Positions 1-12,843 of a stretch of DNA of 64,000 bases are shown in pieces. The position numbers were made by a program, and so were the translations under genes. Each line of letters begins with the position of its first letter. Within the stretch, counting starts at the first letter, position 1. The stretch spans positions 47,494,001 to 47,558,000 of the forward strand of contig OZ249436.1 of assembly GCA_965235115.1 (NCBI GenBank), in the 5' to 3' direction. Under the pieces are notes generated by a model that was not told where the DNA came from, did no database searches, and saw only the letters and a program-made list of their open reading frames with translations. This DNA comes from Laetmonice hystrix. Lineage: Eukaryota.

Positions 1-1477
1 TCAGGTCCAGGTCTAACCCTCACATCTACCCATGCCCCCACAAAACGTATCTCACTCCCAAACACCCCCTTACTCTACACCTATCCCCCCACAAATAAAC
101 CCTATTACTATTCTCAGGTCCAGGTCTAACCCTCACATCTACCCATGCCCCCACAAAACGTATCTCACTCCCAAACACCCCCTTACTCTACACCTATCCC
201 CCCACAAATAAACCCTATTACTATTCTCAGGTCCAGGTCTAACCCTCACATCTACCCATGCCCCCACAAAACGTATCTCACTCCCAAACATCCCCTTACT
301 TTACACCTATCCCCCACAAACAAACCCTAATATTACTATTCTCAGGTCCAGGTCTAACCCTCACATCTACCCATGCCCCCACAAAACGTATCTCACTCCC
401 AAACAGTCCCCTTACTCTACACCTATCCCCCCACAAACAAACCCTATTACTATTCTCAGGTCCAGGTCTAACCTCACATCTATCCATGTCCCCACAAAAC
501 GTATCTCACTCCCAAACAGTCCCCTTACTCTACACCTATCCCCCCACAAATAAAAACTATTACTATTCTCAGGTCCAGGTCTAACCATCACATCTATCCA
601 TGCCCCCACAAAACGTATCTCACTCCCAAACACCCCCCTTACTCTACACCTGCCCCCCCCCCACCAAACCCTATTACTATTCTCAGGTCCAGGTCTAACC
701 CTCACATCTATCCATGTCCCCACAAAACGTATCTCACTCCCAAACAGTCCCCTTACTCTACACCTATCCCCCCACAAACAAACCCTATTACTATTCTCAG
801 GTCCAGGTCTAACCCTCACATCTATCCATGCCCCCACAAAACGTATCTCACTCCCAAACACCCCCCTTACTCTACACCTGCCCCCCCCCCCCCACCAAAC
901 CCTATTACTATTCTCAGGTCCAGGTCTAACCCTCACATCTATCCATGCCCCCACAAAACGTATCTCACTCCCAAACATTCCCCTTACTCTACACCTATCC
1001 CCCCACAAACAAACCCTATTACTATTCTCAGGTCCAGGTCTAACCCTCACATCTATCCATGCCCCCACAAAACGTATCTCACTCCCAAACACCCCCCTTA
1101 CTCTACACCTGCCCCCCCCCCCCCCCCACCAAACCCTATTACTATTCTCAGGTCCAGGTCTAACCCTCACATCTATCCATGCCCCCACAAAACGTATCTC
1201 ACTCCCAAACACCCCCCTTACTCTACACCTATCCCCCCACAAACAAACCCTATTACTATTCTCAGGTCCAGGTCTAACCCTCACATCTATCCATACCCCC
1301 ACAAAACGTATCTCACTCCCAAACACCCCCATTATTCTACACCTGCCCCCCTCCCTCCCACAAACAAACCCTATTACTATTCTCAGCTCCAGGTCTAACC
1401 CTCACATCTATCCATGCCCCCACAAAACGTATCTCACTCCCAAACACCCCCATTACTCTACACCTATCCCCCCACAA
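1..1477. repeat. Tandem satellite, ~113-119 bp unit, ~13 copies (truncated by window start)
   Basis: Unit TCAGGTCCAGGTCTAACCCTCACATCTA...CCCTATTACTATTC recurs at 1, 114, 227 etc.; variable poly-C tract; explains ORFs 145..1332. Confidence 0.97.
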
Positions 1478-2135
1478 CCCCTACCTCCATTTATAGTAAA
1501 CTGGTAATAATGCAAATGTGATGAACACATGACACCGGTAGAATTCTGTGATAATTATGAACTAATTATTACCATATCACCTCCCAAAGTTTAACTTGGA
1601 CCTCACCCCTGCCACTTGTCGGATCAACACATACCTTTCATACGGCTACACGACGTCAGATACAAGTCATTTTCCAATTACATCGTGAGGAGGCATGACT
1701 TGTCCATTAAGACGAGAAAATGCCCACCATTTATCCTCCCCGTAGCTGGCCTTACAGTACGGTCTGTTATTTGAACATTGCCTGGCAGGGACAGATGAGT
1801 GACAGATACGACCATTACAACCTCCTGTCTGGGTTGTAAATGTCAGAGGTAGATGGTTTCTCCCATGTCGACGACGACTTGGGCCATATTACAGTTTCTC
1901 TTGTTAGTCAGTACAAAACAAGCTTCAGTCTCGGCACAAAACCTAACACCAAACTCAACGCTCCCTTAAATATTCCGCTGTGTTTCCTTCAATAGACGTG
2001 ACCTTAGGTAAATATCCGCTGCTTGGGTCCCGACATCGACAAGACCTTACCGTCCTGGACAAATTGTCTCATCTACAGAACATCTCCACAACCTTACCCG
2101 GTGGCATCTTCTATAAATTCTACTTAATGAACGCT

Positions 2136-3642
2136 TCTCAGCTTCCTGTCTGTCAATAATGGAGCCCTTCTATGTTACAATCTCAGCTTCCTGTCTGTCA
2201 ATAATGGAGCCCTTCTATGTTACAATCACAGCTTCCTGTCTGTCAATAATGGAGCCATTCTATGTTACATTCAGAGCTTCCTGTCTGTCAATAATGGAGC
2301 CCTTCTATGTTACAATCTCAGCTTCCTGTCTGTCAATAATGGAGCCATTCTATGTTACAATCTCAGCTTCCTGTCTGTCAATAATGGAGCCCTTCTATGT
2401 CACAATCACAGCTTCCTGTCTGTCAATAATGGAGCCCTTCTATGTTACAATCACAGCTTCCTGTCTGTCAATAATGGAGCCTTTCTATCTTGCAATCACA
2501 GCTTCCTGTCTGTCAATAATGAAGCCATTCTATGTTACAATCACAGCTTCCTGTCTGTCAATAATGTAGCCCTTCTATGTTACAATCTCAGCTTCCTGTC
2601 TGTCAATAATGGAGCCATTCTATGTTACAATCACAGCTTCCTGTCTGTCAATAATGGAGCCCTTCTATGTCACAATCACAGCTTCCTGTCTGTCAATAAT
2701 GTAGCCCTTCTATGTTACAATCACAGCTTCCTGTCTGTCAATAATGGAGCCCTTCTATGTTACAATCACAGCTTCCTGTCTGTCAATAATGAAGCCCTTC
2801 TATGTCACAATCACAGCTTCCTATCTGTCAATAATGGAGCCCTTCTATGTCACAATCACAGCTTCCTGTCTGTCAATAATGGAGCCCTTCTCTGTTACAA
2901 TAACAGCTTCCTCTCTGTCAATAATGGAGCCCTTCTATGTTACAATCACAGCTTTCTGTCTCTCAATAATGGAGCCCTTCTATGTTACAATCTCAGCTTC
3001 CTGTCTGTCAATAATAAAGCTATTCTATGTTACAATCACAGCTTTCTCTCTGTCAATAATGGAGCCCTTCTATGTTACAATCACAGCTTCCTGTCTCCCA
3101 ATAATGGAGCCCTTCTATGTTACAATCACAGCTTCCTGTCCGTCAATAATGGAGCCCTTCTATGTTACAATCAAAGCTTCCTGTCTCTCAATAATGGAGC
3201 CCTTCTATGTTACAATCTCAGCTTCCTGTCTGTCAATAATGGAGCCATTCTATGTTACAATCACAGCTTCCTCTCTGTCAATAATGGAGCCCTTCTATGT
3301 TACAATCACAGCTTCCTGTCTGTCAATAATGGAGCCCTTCTATGTTACAATCACAGCTTCCTGTCTGTCAATAATGGAGCCCTTCTATGTTACAATCACA
3401 GCTTCCTGTCTGTCAATAATGGAGCCCTTCTATGTTACAATCACAGCTTCCTGTCCGTCAATAATGGAGCCCTTCTATGTTACAATCACAGCTTCCTGTC
3501 CGTCAATAATGGAGCCCTTCTATGTTACAATCAAAGCTTCCTGTCTGTCAATAATGGAGCCCTTCTATGTTACAATCAAAGCTTCCTGTCTGTCAATAAT
3601 GGAGCCCTTCTATGTTACAATCACAGCTTCCTGTCTGTCAAT
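2136..3642. repeat. Minisatellite, 45 bp unit, ~33 copies
   Basis: Unit GCTTCCTGTCTGTCAATAATGGAGCCCTTCTATGTTACAATCACA; the MEPFYVTITASCLSI ORFs are its translation and are interrupted by TAG variants. Confidence 0.97.
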
Positions 3643-4478
3643 GACGAATGGAGTCCTTTCTTAGTTTCTAGAACCTTTATAGTAAACTGGTAATAATGCA
3701 AATGTGATGAACACATGATACTTGTTTAAGTGTGAAGGTTATTACATTACTCTTGGCATAAAGTAATGACTCTTATTATTCTAACCAAATTGCGAGTTTT
3801 TGGCCTCATGTAATAAAAATACGATTTTTCTTCAATTAAAAATGGTGTACATGTAATCGATATCAGAGACAATTCTACTTCATTGAAATCGAATTCACTT
3901 TATTTATTCATTAACAGACAACAAAGCTGATGTGGTGGATTTACAATCCAAAAAAATCTTTAAAATGTTTTCAATTGAAAATCGTAATTGAAATGTGTCC
4001 TTTTTCCTTACGCGCACCGGGGTTTATTTCTGCTAGGGACAGTGGTAATAAAAAGTTAGCTCCAGCAGCTCAAAGACTAATTAATGACTTCACTCGACTG
4101 ACTGCCTGTGTAATTACGGGTTTGGCCTGGCAGGTCAAATTATGACAGCTGCTATCTGTTTGCAGGCAGAAGGATGGGTTTGGGGTAATTTGGGACCTAG
4201 CTAACCCCTCCCCTCATCTAGGGGACGCTAACCAACCCTCTCGTCTGACCCCCTCCCCCTTCGTATGACCCCCCCCCCCTTCCATCCCCGGACGGTAGCT
4301 GACCTTTCAGTACCCATTTCGCTGACCCCCCCCATCGCGACATTAACCCTCCCCCCGCCTCCCTCAAACTGGACCGCAGACAACGGGGCGGGGGGTCTAT
4401 TTAAAACTGTGGTCAGTCACCGCAGATAAAGGGCCACCTTGACAGACAATGCAGAGTAAATGGTGATTTATGGTGATT

Positions 4479-4648
4479 TATAACGAAAACTGAAGGCCCC
4501 CAGAGGCCCTATAACGAAAACCGAAGGCCCTTAGAGAACATATAACGAAAACTGAAGGCCCTTAGAGGACATATAACGAAAACTGAAGGCCCTCAGAGGA
4601 CCTATAACGAAAACTGAAGGCCCTCAGGTGCCCTATAACGAAAACTGA
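4479..4648. repeat. Minisatellite, 31 bp unit, ~5.5 copies
   Basis: TATAACGAAAACTGAAGGCCCTTAGAGGACA repeated. Confidence 0.92.
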
Positions 4649-5021
4649 TAACGCTCAATTTTAAATCTGAGAATACTGTATACATGTGTTTGCCGGAAAG
4701 TAGTCAGAACCATTTTTAGAAATTACATGAGTCACAACTTTCTTACGAATCGTCTTCTTAGAACTCCACCTTAACTCCCCGTGGTCAGCAGGACTCCTGC
4801 TAATTAACTCCCATTATACTTTGATCTCCGAGAAAACCCAACCATGTACAGCTAGCCTGGGATCTCGATTCGCCATCAGTGACGGCGAGGATCTATACCA
4901 CAGCACCGCTGGGGGTCTTATCGACCACGTCCAATCCTCAACATCTTCATCATCATCACTGATGTCTGCTAGCATCTACCAATTAAAAAACTCCCTACAG
5001 CACACTGCGAGCCGTGGCCAA

Positions 5022-5666
5022 GAAGGTTTGTTACCTGCTGTAAGGTTTGCGAGTTACCTGCTGTAAGGTTTGTGAGTTACATGCTGTAAGGTTTGTCAGT
5101 TACCTGCTGTAAGGTTTGTGAGTTACATGCTGTAAGGTTTGTCAGTTACCTGCTGTAAGGTTTGTGAGTTACCTGCTGGAAGGTTTGTCAGTTACCTGCT
5201 GTAAGGGTTGTCAGTTACCTGCTGTACGTTTTGTGAGTTACCTGCTGTAAGGTTTGCGAGTTACCTGCTGTAAGGTTTGTGAGTTACATGCTGTAAGGTT
5301 TGTCAGTTACCTGCTGTAAGGTTTGTCAGTTACCTGCTGTAAGGTTTGTCAGTTACCTGCTGTAAGGTTTGTGAGTTGCCTGCTGTAAGGTTTGTCAGTT
5401 ACCTGCTGTAAGGTTTGTGAGTTACCTGCTGTAAGGTTTGTGAGTTACCTGCTGTACGTTTTGTGAGTTACCTGCTGTAAGATTTGTGAGTTACTTGCTG
5501 TAAGGTTTGTGAGTTACCTGCTGTAAGTTTTGTGAGTTACCTGCTGTAAGGTTTGTCAGTTACCTGCTGTAAGGTTTGTCAGTTACCTGCTGTAAGGTTT
5601 GTCAGTTACCTGCTGTAAGGTTTGTCAGTTACCTGCTGTAAGGTTTGTCAGTTACCTGCTGTAAGG
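5022..5666. repeat. Minisatellite, 23 bp unit, ~28 copies
   Basis: TAAGGTTTGT(C/G)AGTTACCTGCTG repeated (period 5041->5064). Confidence 0.97.
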
Positions 5667-5720
5667 TAGGTGCTTTTCTCCGGGTGTTCCGGTGTCCTAC
5701 ACCAGTAAAACTGACCCCCT
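5640..5720 (+). mobile_element. SINE core fragment (V-domain-like) contiguous with the 23-bp array
   Basis: GGTAGGTGCTTTTCTCCGGGTGTTCCGGTGTCCTACACCAGTAAAACTGACC resembles, from recall, the conserved GGTTTTCTCCGGGTRCTCCGGTTTCCTCC..CCA.TAAAACTGACC core of invertebrate tRNA-derived SINEs; not database-verified. Confidence 0.6.
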
Positions 5721-5921
5721 GTTTCAAAGACGTAATACCTCAACACAAATCCCTACAAAGACCCCGCAGTGTTTTCGGGAATGTCAGTCATGAGACGGGC
5801 CCTTATGGAAGAGTTTGGTCGTTATTCACACCTGAAACACACACCTGGACTGGCGCGACCAATCGATCAATTCACACCCAACAGGAAGTGCAGAACACGA
5901 TATCTTACCGCCTTCAAAGGG

Positions 5922-6465
5922 GAAACCAGACTCGAGCGGTGTGGGGCATATACAGGTATTAGAGACCAGACTCGAGCGGTGTGGGGCATATACAGGTATT
6001 AGAAACCAGACTCGAGCGGTGTGGGGCATATACAGGTATTAGAAACCAGACTCGAGCGGTGTGGGGCATATACAGGTATTAGAAACCAGACTCGAGCGGT
6101 GTGGAGCATATACAGGTATTAGAAACCAGACTCGAGCGGTGTGGGGCTACATTAGAAACCAGACTCGAGCGGTGTGGGGCATATACAGGTATTAGAAACC
6201 AGACTCGAGCGGTGTGGGGCTACATTAGAAACCAGACTCGAGCGGTGTGGGGGCATATACAGGTATTAGAAACCAGACTCGAGCGGTGTGGGGCATATAC
6301 AGGTATTAGAAACCAGACTCGAGCGGTGTGGGGCATATACAGGTATTAGAGACCAGACTCGAGCGGTGTGGGGCATATACAGGTATTAGAAACCAGACTC
6401 GAGCAGTGTGGGGCTACATTAGAGACCAGACTCGAGCGGTGTGGGGCATATACAGGTATTAGAAG
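5922..6465. repeat. Minisatellite, 40 bp unit (shorter GGGGCTACATTAG variants), ~14 copies
   Basis: AGAAACCAGACTCGAGCGGTGTGGGGCATATACAGGTATT repeated (5961, 6001, 6041...). Confidence 0.96.
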
Positions 6466-8099
6466 CCAAACACCACATTTCAGACGCCACAAGTGTTCGC
6501 CTTTTAAAGTATAAAGAGGTGGGGTTGTAGGGAGTGGATTTAGGATGTTTTAAAGGCGGGGGTTGGTGCGAGAGCACTGTTTGGCCAATGTCCGAGGGGG
6601 TCTGGGGTCTCCCAAGTAAATTTTAATTCTAACAAGTCCGGTTAAATCAAGTACATCTACCTAATAATATGTTAACTCCCTAACAAAACCGACATATTCT
6701 CTCCTTGCCAACACTGACTGATTGCCCTAGCAGCCGTTCAGTACTGACGTTCGTGGTGCATGGTTTGGTGCATGGGTTGGTGCATGGTGCATGTCTTGCT
6801 CTATGTTCCAGCACCCTGTTTAATAAGCGTGATACATTAATCACAGTCGCACCATTAACCTGACGGATTCCGATAGGGAACGCCAACATAAAGCGGGTCA
6901 TCCTCATTTTTCACACGCTCTCCACAATGTTCCCCGAGTAGTTTCAGTCACTGCAGGATCACACCTCCTCAGAAATAATACCTTCCAATTATAAAACACA
7001 GGGGCCAGGTATTCCCGAGGTGATCCGGGAGGCGGTGCCAGGTCTCCACTAATCCAGGATCGGCAGAACGAGGAGAAGAAGAGAAAAGATTGCAGAGATT
7101 ATGTTACTATTAGTTCATTATCCTGCTTTTATCTCGGCCTGAGACCGTCAGAAACTCCTTCCCGTTTATCATGTCTGACAAACATGACGAAGACTCCATC
7201 GGCAGGTAACCATATCATTACATCCAACTCGGCTCAATCAAATCGGCCCCAGGACTTCAGCGAGTTCTACTTTTTAAAACAGGATTCTATAGATCTGATT
7301 ATATTTAAAGGTCATCGTGAAATGTTTTCCGCGACAAGGTGGAAAAGCCGCAAGTTTCCAAACTTAAAAAAAGATTGGGGGTACGATTTAATAAATTCTA
7401 TACCACCCAAAGGCTTATCTCTCGGTTGATTTGTCATCGTTCCCATGTAAATTCGTCCATTATTACGACCACGAGGGAATTCTGGGCGAGAAAAACAGAG
7501 AAAAATGAAGTATTTATCCTTAACGTGGATATCTCTGGAGATCTTTGTGATGACCACGATAACCAGTCAATCTGTGCTGACAATAGATGATTCCACGTGT
7601 ATTGGGATCCTTTCACTGACTAGTTACGCCTCGTTACAATGCAAATATATGCAAAGTTATGCAAATCCCAGTGAATTTCAATACTAGAGTCTGAAATGGT
7701 ATATTTATTCCTCCTGTCTAGGGTGTAAGTAATCCACAACATCGATCAATAAAACGGCTTTCATTTCCTGGTTCTTATCTTACAAACAAATAGCCATAAT
7801 CAAAATAATTAGAAAATCAAGAAAAATGACGGCTTAGATCGTTTTGTTGTGGAAACGGTAAAGGAAATCTGCCATCTAAGAAACCTGCGCCATCTTGTCT
7901 GACATTGCCTCTGGTGAAATACTTCTTGCTGGATAATGGCGTGATCATGTGACTTGATACCCGAGACGCTGTCTCCTGGAGCACGGTCATAGAGATTAGC
8001 CACTCTCCGCGCGGAGACGAGCCGGCCACTGGGAGGTCGCAATGAGGGAGGTAACGACCAGGTGTGGTGTCAGGTAACGCGTGCCAGGGGGTTCACACA

Positions 8100-8580
8100 C
8101 CTGGGGGGGAGGCTGAAACCTGGGGGCTGGGGAGGGGAGGCCTTGCCACCTGGGGGCTGGGGGAGGGTAGGCCTTGCCACCTGGGGGCTGGGGAGGGTAG
8201 GCACTGAAACCTGGGGGCTGGGGGAGGGTAGGCCTTGCCACCTGGGGGCTGGGGAGGGTAGGCCCTGCCACATGGGGCTGGGGGAGGGTAGGCACTGAAA
8301 CCTGGGGCTAGGGGAGGGTAGGCTCTGCCACCTGGGGCTGGGGGAGGGTAGGCACTGCCACCTGGGGGCTGGGGAGGGTAGGCACTGAAACCTGGGGCTA
8401 GGGGAGGGTAGGCACTGAAACCTGGGGCTGGGGGAGGGTAGGCACTGAAACCTGGGGGCTGGGGAGGGTAGGCCCTGAAACCTGGGGCTGGGGGAGGGTA
8501 GGCCCTGCCACCTGGGGCTGGGGGAGGGTAGGCCCTGCCACCTGGGGCTGGGGAGGGTAGGCCCTGCCACCTGGGACTGA
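8100..8580. repeat. G-rich minisatellite, ~30-31 bp unit, ~16 copies
   Basis: CCTGGGGGCTGGGGAGGGTAGG(CCTTGCCA/CACTGAAA) repeated; three G-runs of >=3 per unit. Confidence 0.95.
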
Positions 8581-8969
8581 AGGACGGTAGGTTCATCCAC
8601 CTAAGGTGGAAGAGGATAGGTTGAGACCGCCTTTATACGTCCCTTGCTGAAGTATTAAGCCCTAATCCAATATGACAGCATGTCCTAGTAGTACATGGAG
8701 TTAGGTCCCTGCAGCAGGTACGATCCATCTATAAGGTGGTGCCCGCCAGCACGTATAGCTAACACTGAATCCTGGGGGTGTCTTATTTTTCAAGGAGATA
8801 TTCAATGGACAACATATTTGATATTTACAGATATGGTTTATGAAAGGCACAGTCAAGATGTCCTTTCTTGCCAGCCGTACCTGTACAGGTGTTGGAGCTA
8901 AGGTTGTCACAGCTAACGTTTCCACGTCCATGTTCTCAACAAGTCAGAAATATCATTTTATAACAAGAT

Positions 8970-9778
8970 CAGCCGTTTCTCAGGCTATTAACCGCTGACA
9001 CAGTAACCACAGCCGTTTACCTGTACTACAGGTGTTGGAGCAGCTATTAACCGCTGACACAGTAACCATAGCCGTTTACCTGTACTACAGGTGTTGGAGC
9101 AGCTATTAACCGCTGACACAGTAACCATAGCCGTTTACCTGTAATACAGGTGTTGGAGCAGCTATTAACCGCTGACACAGTAACCACAGCCGTTTACCTG
9201 TACTACAGGTGTTGGAGCAGCTATTAACCGCTGACACAGTAACCACAGCCGTTTACCTGTACTACAGGTGTTGGAGCAGCTATTAACCGCTCACACAGTA
9301 ACCATAGCCGTTTACCTGTACTACAGGTGTTGGAGCAGCTATTAACCGCTGACACAGTAACCATAGCCGTTTACCTGTACTACAGGTGTTGGAGCAGCTA
9401 TTAACCGCTGACACAGTAACCATAGCCGTTTACCTGTACTACAGGTGTTGGAGCAGCTATTAACCGCTGACACAGTAACCACAGCCGTTTACCTGTACTA
9501 CAGGTGTTGGAGCAGCTATTAACCGCTGACACAGTAACCACAGCCGTTTACCTGTACTACAGGTGTTGGAGCAGCTATTAACCGCTGACACAGTAACCAT
9601 AGCCGTTTACCTGTACTACAGGTGTTGGAGCAGCTATTAACCGCTGACACAGTAACCATAGCCGTTTACCTGTACTACAGGTGTTGGAGCAGCTATTAAC
9701 CGCTCACACAGTAACCACAGCCGTTTACCTGTACTACAGGTGTTGGAGCAGCTATTAACCGCTCACACAGTAACCACA
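8970..9778. repeat. Minisatellite, 59 bp unit, ~13.5 copies
   Basis: AGCCGTTTACCTGTACTACAGGTGTTGGAGCAGCTATTAACCGCTGACACAGTAACCA(C/T); period 9011->9070. Confidence 0.97.
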
Positions 9779-10528
9779 ACTCAATATCAAATCAAACATT
9801 TGGTACAACTCAAAGATATGCACAAAATCAAACAAAACACGTGACTGAGATATCCTATGAGTTCAAATTTGAAAAACCCTCTTTGGTTTTATACATTTCA
9901 GCATGTCTTCCCAAAGAGTTCGATGTTTAGACATCCCATGAAATTCCTATTTGCTTTCATTCCTTGTCTCTCCTGAGCGCAACTCGCCATCAATATTTAA
10001 AACGTTGTTTGAATTACGCTGACCTTTGCCGAACGGCGGGCAACAGCTGGATCCCTCAGAGAGGGGCCCGTAGCAGAGCTATCATCCTGAATTAAGTGGC
10101 ACCCCTTTACATATTCATACTCATACTACCACTGCCGCTTATTACGACGACCCTGCACATCGAGTCAGCTGTTTCTGACGGCAAGTCGACCATGGGGTCC
10201 TGGGGACGTTAAATGTCAGCGGTCAGGATGAGCACACGGGGTGGTATCTAAATCATACCACGGCATGGCACGCCATACCACGGCATACCACATCATACCG
10301 CCCCATCCCATGCCATGACACTCGGAGGTTAGAAGACGACTCTGTAGCCGTGTCAGCTGGTACAGCATCTGCCCGCCATCTGCCCCATCCAGGCCAGATT
10401 CTCCGTTTGAAATCATAGTCCCACCTTGGTACTTCAATAAACACCGGCCAGATGAGGGGGTTTCACTGAGATCAAATAAAAGGGAATCAAGTTTTGATCA
10501 TGGTGGATCTGACCCTGCATTCAACCAT

Positions 10529-11482
10529 CATCGTCGAGTACAGCAGTCGTCAGTATGACCGTCGAGTACAGCAGTCGTCAGTGTGATCGTCGAGTACAGC
10601 AGTCGTCAGTGTGATCGTCGAGTACAGCAGTCGTCAGTGTGATCGTCGAGTACAGCAGTCGTCAGTGTGATCGTCGAGTACAGCAGTCGTCAGTGTGACC
10701 GTCGAGTACAGCAGTCGTCAGTGTGACCGTCGAGTACAGCAGTCGTCAGTGTGATCGTCGAGTACAGCAGTGGTCAGTGTGATCGTCGAGTACAGCAGTC
10801 GTCAGTGTGACCGTCGAGTACAGCAGTCGTCAGTGTGATCGTCGAGTACAGCAGTCGTCAGTGTGATCGTCGAGTACAGCAGTCGTCAGTGTGATCGTCG
10901 AGTACAGCAGTCGTCAGTGTGATCGTCGAGTACAGCAGTCGTCAGTGTGATCGTCGAGTACAGCAGTCGTCAGTGTGATCGTCGAGTACAGCAGTCGTCA
11001 GTGTGACCGTCGAGTACAGCAGTCGTCAGTGTGATCGTCGAGTACAGCAGTCGTCAGTGTGATCGTCGAGTACAGCAGTCGTCAGTGTGATCGTCGAGTA
11101 CAGCAGTCGTCAGTGTGATCGTCGAGTACAGCAGTCGTCAGTGTGATCGTCGAGTACAGCAGTCGTCAGTGTGATCGTCGAGTACAGCAGTCGTCAGTGT
11201 GATCGTCGAGTACAGCAGTCGTCAGTGTGATCGTCGAGTACAGCAGTCGTCAGTGTGATCGTCGAGTACAGCAGTCGTCAGTGTGACCGTCGAGTACAGC
11301 AGTCGTCAGTGTGATCGTCGAGTACAGCAGTCGTCAGTGTGATCGTCGAGTACAGCAGTCGTCAGTGTGATCGTCGAGTACAGCAGTCGTCAGTGTGATC
11401 GTCGAGTACAGCAGTCGTCAGTGTGATCGTCGAGTACAGCAGTCGTCAGTGTGATCGTCGAGTACAGCAGTCGTCAGTATGA
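10529..11482. repeat. Minisatellite, 28 bp unit, ~34 near-identical copies
   Basis: GATCGTCGAGTACAGCAGTCGTCAGTGT repeated. Confidence 0.98.
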
Positions 11483-11727
11483 CCCGATCACGTGACTCGG
11501 GGGAAGTATGCTCCGAGATATCACGACTAAATCTTTCTGTAAATATTGTCCATGCCGGTATCAAGGTTGACGGTCAGGTCAGACTGTCCTTGACCCCGGT
11601 TTTCGTCAAGGTCATGACAAGGTTAACAACATTTTCTCGGTTGTCAAACGCTTGGCCCCGAGTGATGAATACTAGCCGGAACTCATCAATAAAAGTTTTT
11701 TTTAATGGGTCGATGTGACGTTCAGAA

Positions 11728-11775
11728 ACTATCATTGGACAGAGACAGAACGATTGTGGTGTGTTCACACGCGGA

Positions 11776-11867
<92 letters not shown>

Positions 11868-11946
11868 GAGAGAAGAAGAGAGAGAGGAGAAGAGGAGAGA
11901 AGGAAGAGAGGGAGAAGAGAGAGAGAAAAGAGAGAGGAGAGCGAGA

Positions 11947-12004
<58 letters not shown>

Positions 12005-12124
12005 GACAGAGAGACAGAGAGAGAGAAGAGAGAGAGGAGAGAAGGAAGAGAGGGAGAAGAGAGAGAGAAAAGAGAGAGGAGAGAGAGAAGAGAGAGAGAA
12101 GAGAGAGAGAAGAGAGAGAGAGAG

Positions 12125-12163
<39 letters not shown>

Positions 12164-12272
12164 ATCATTGGACAGAGACAGAACAATTGTGGTGTGTTCA
12201 CGCGCAGATAGAGAGAGACTATCAGTGGACAGAGACAGAACGATTGTGGTGTGTTCACACGCAGAGAGAGAG
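11728..12272. repeat. (GA)n-rich microsatellite embedded in a 3-copy ~45 bp direct repeat
   Basis: ACTATCA(T/G)TGGACAGAGACAGAAC(G/A)ATTGTGGTGTGTTCAC at 11728, 12161, 12218; ~390-nt GA tract after copy 1 and short GA tracts after copies 2-3. Confidence 0.93.
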
Positions 12273-12843
12273 AGTTGTCACAGACGTGTTCAGGCCTGAC
12301 GATAGTCTGTCTATAAGTTGACTCAAGAATATGACCCTCTCCAGACCACGTTTCACGTGTTAAGTGTTAATCAAGTGTAGTGGGGGGGGGAGACGTTCAT
12401 TTTGATTTCCAATGGACAATTTCGGCCCGCGCAGGTCCAATTTCTTCACGAAATTATATTTTCATACTCCGACTTTACGTAAGAAAGGCACGGAGCCTCG
12501 TCACGAGTCTTCACACCAGAATCAAGAAGCAATCTACATAAGTAATACTTCCAGCCAACACCCGTGTCTCAAACAGTTTACGTATGGAGCTTTCACACTC
12601 CTACATTTCCCTAGAGCCCGAAATGAAATTTGGCATCTGCTGTGAGAAATTATTCAATCGTCAGGCTGCAGCAGCCTGACGCGAGCGTCTGTTACATATG
12701 TAGTGAGTGTAGCGTCATAAAGTGTCAGTTACATAATGTAGCGAGTGTGCCATCAAAGAGAGTATCACCACCAATATTACAGCTACATAAGGTAACAGTT
12801 AACCAGCAAGAGATCATTCCTTCTTCCGTCCCACCCTCCTCGA

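Noticed and set aside
2159..3664. Long repetitive ORFs (MEPFYVTITASCLSI)n
   Set aside because: Translation of a 45-bp minisatellite; in-frame TAG variants and no splice or codon evidence.
11705..12321. ER/RE-rich ORFs resembling splicing factors
   Set aside because: GA microsatellite open in all frames.
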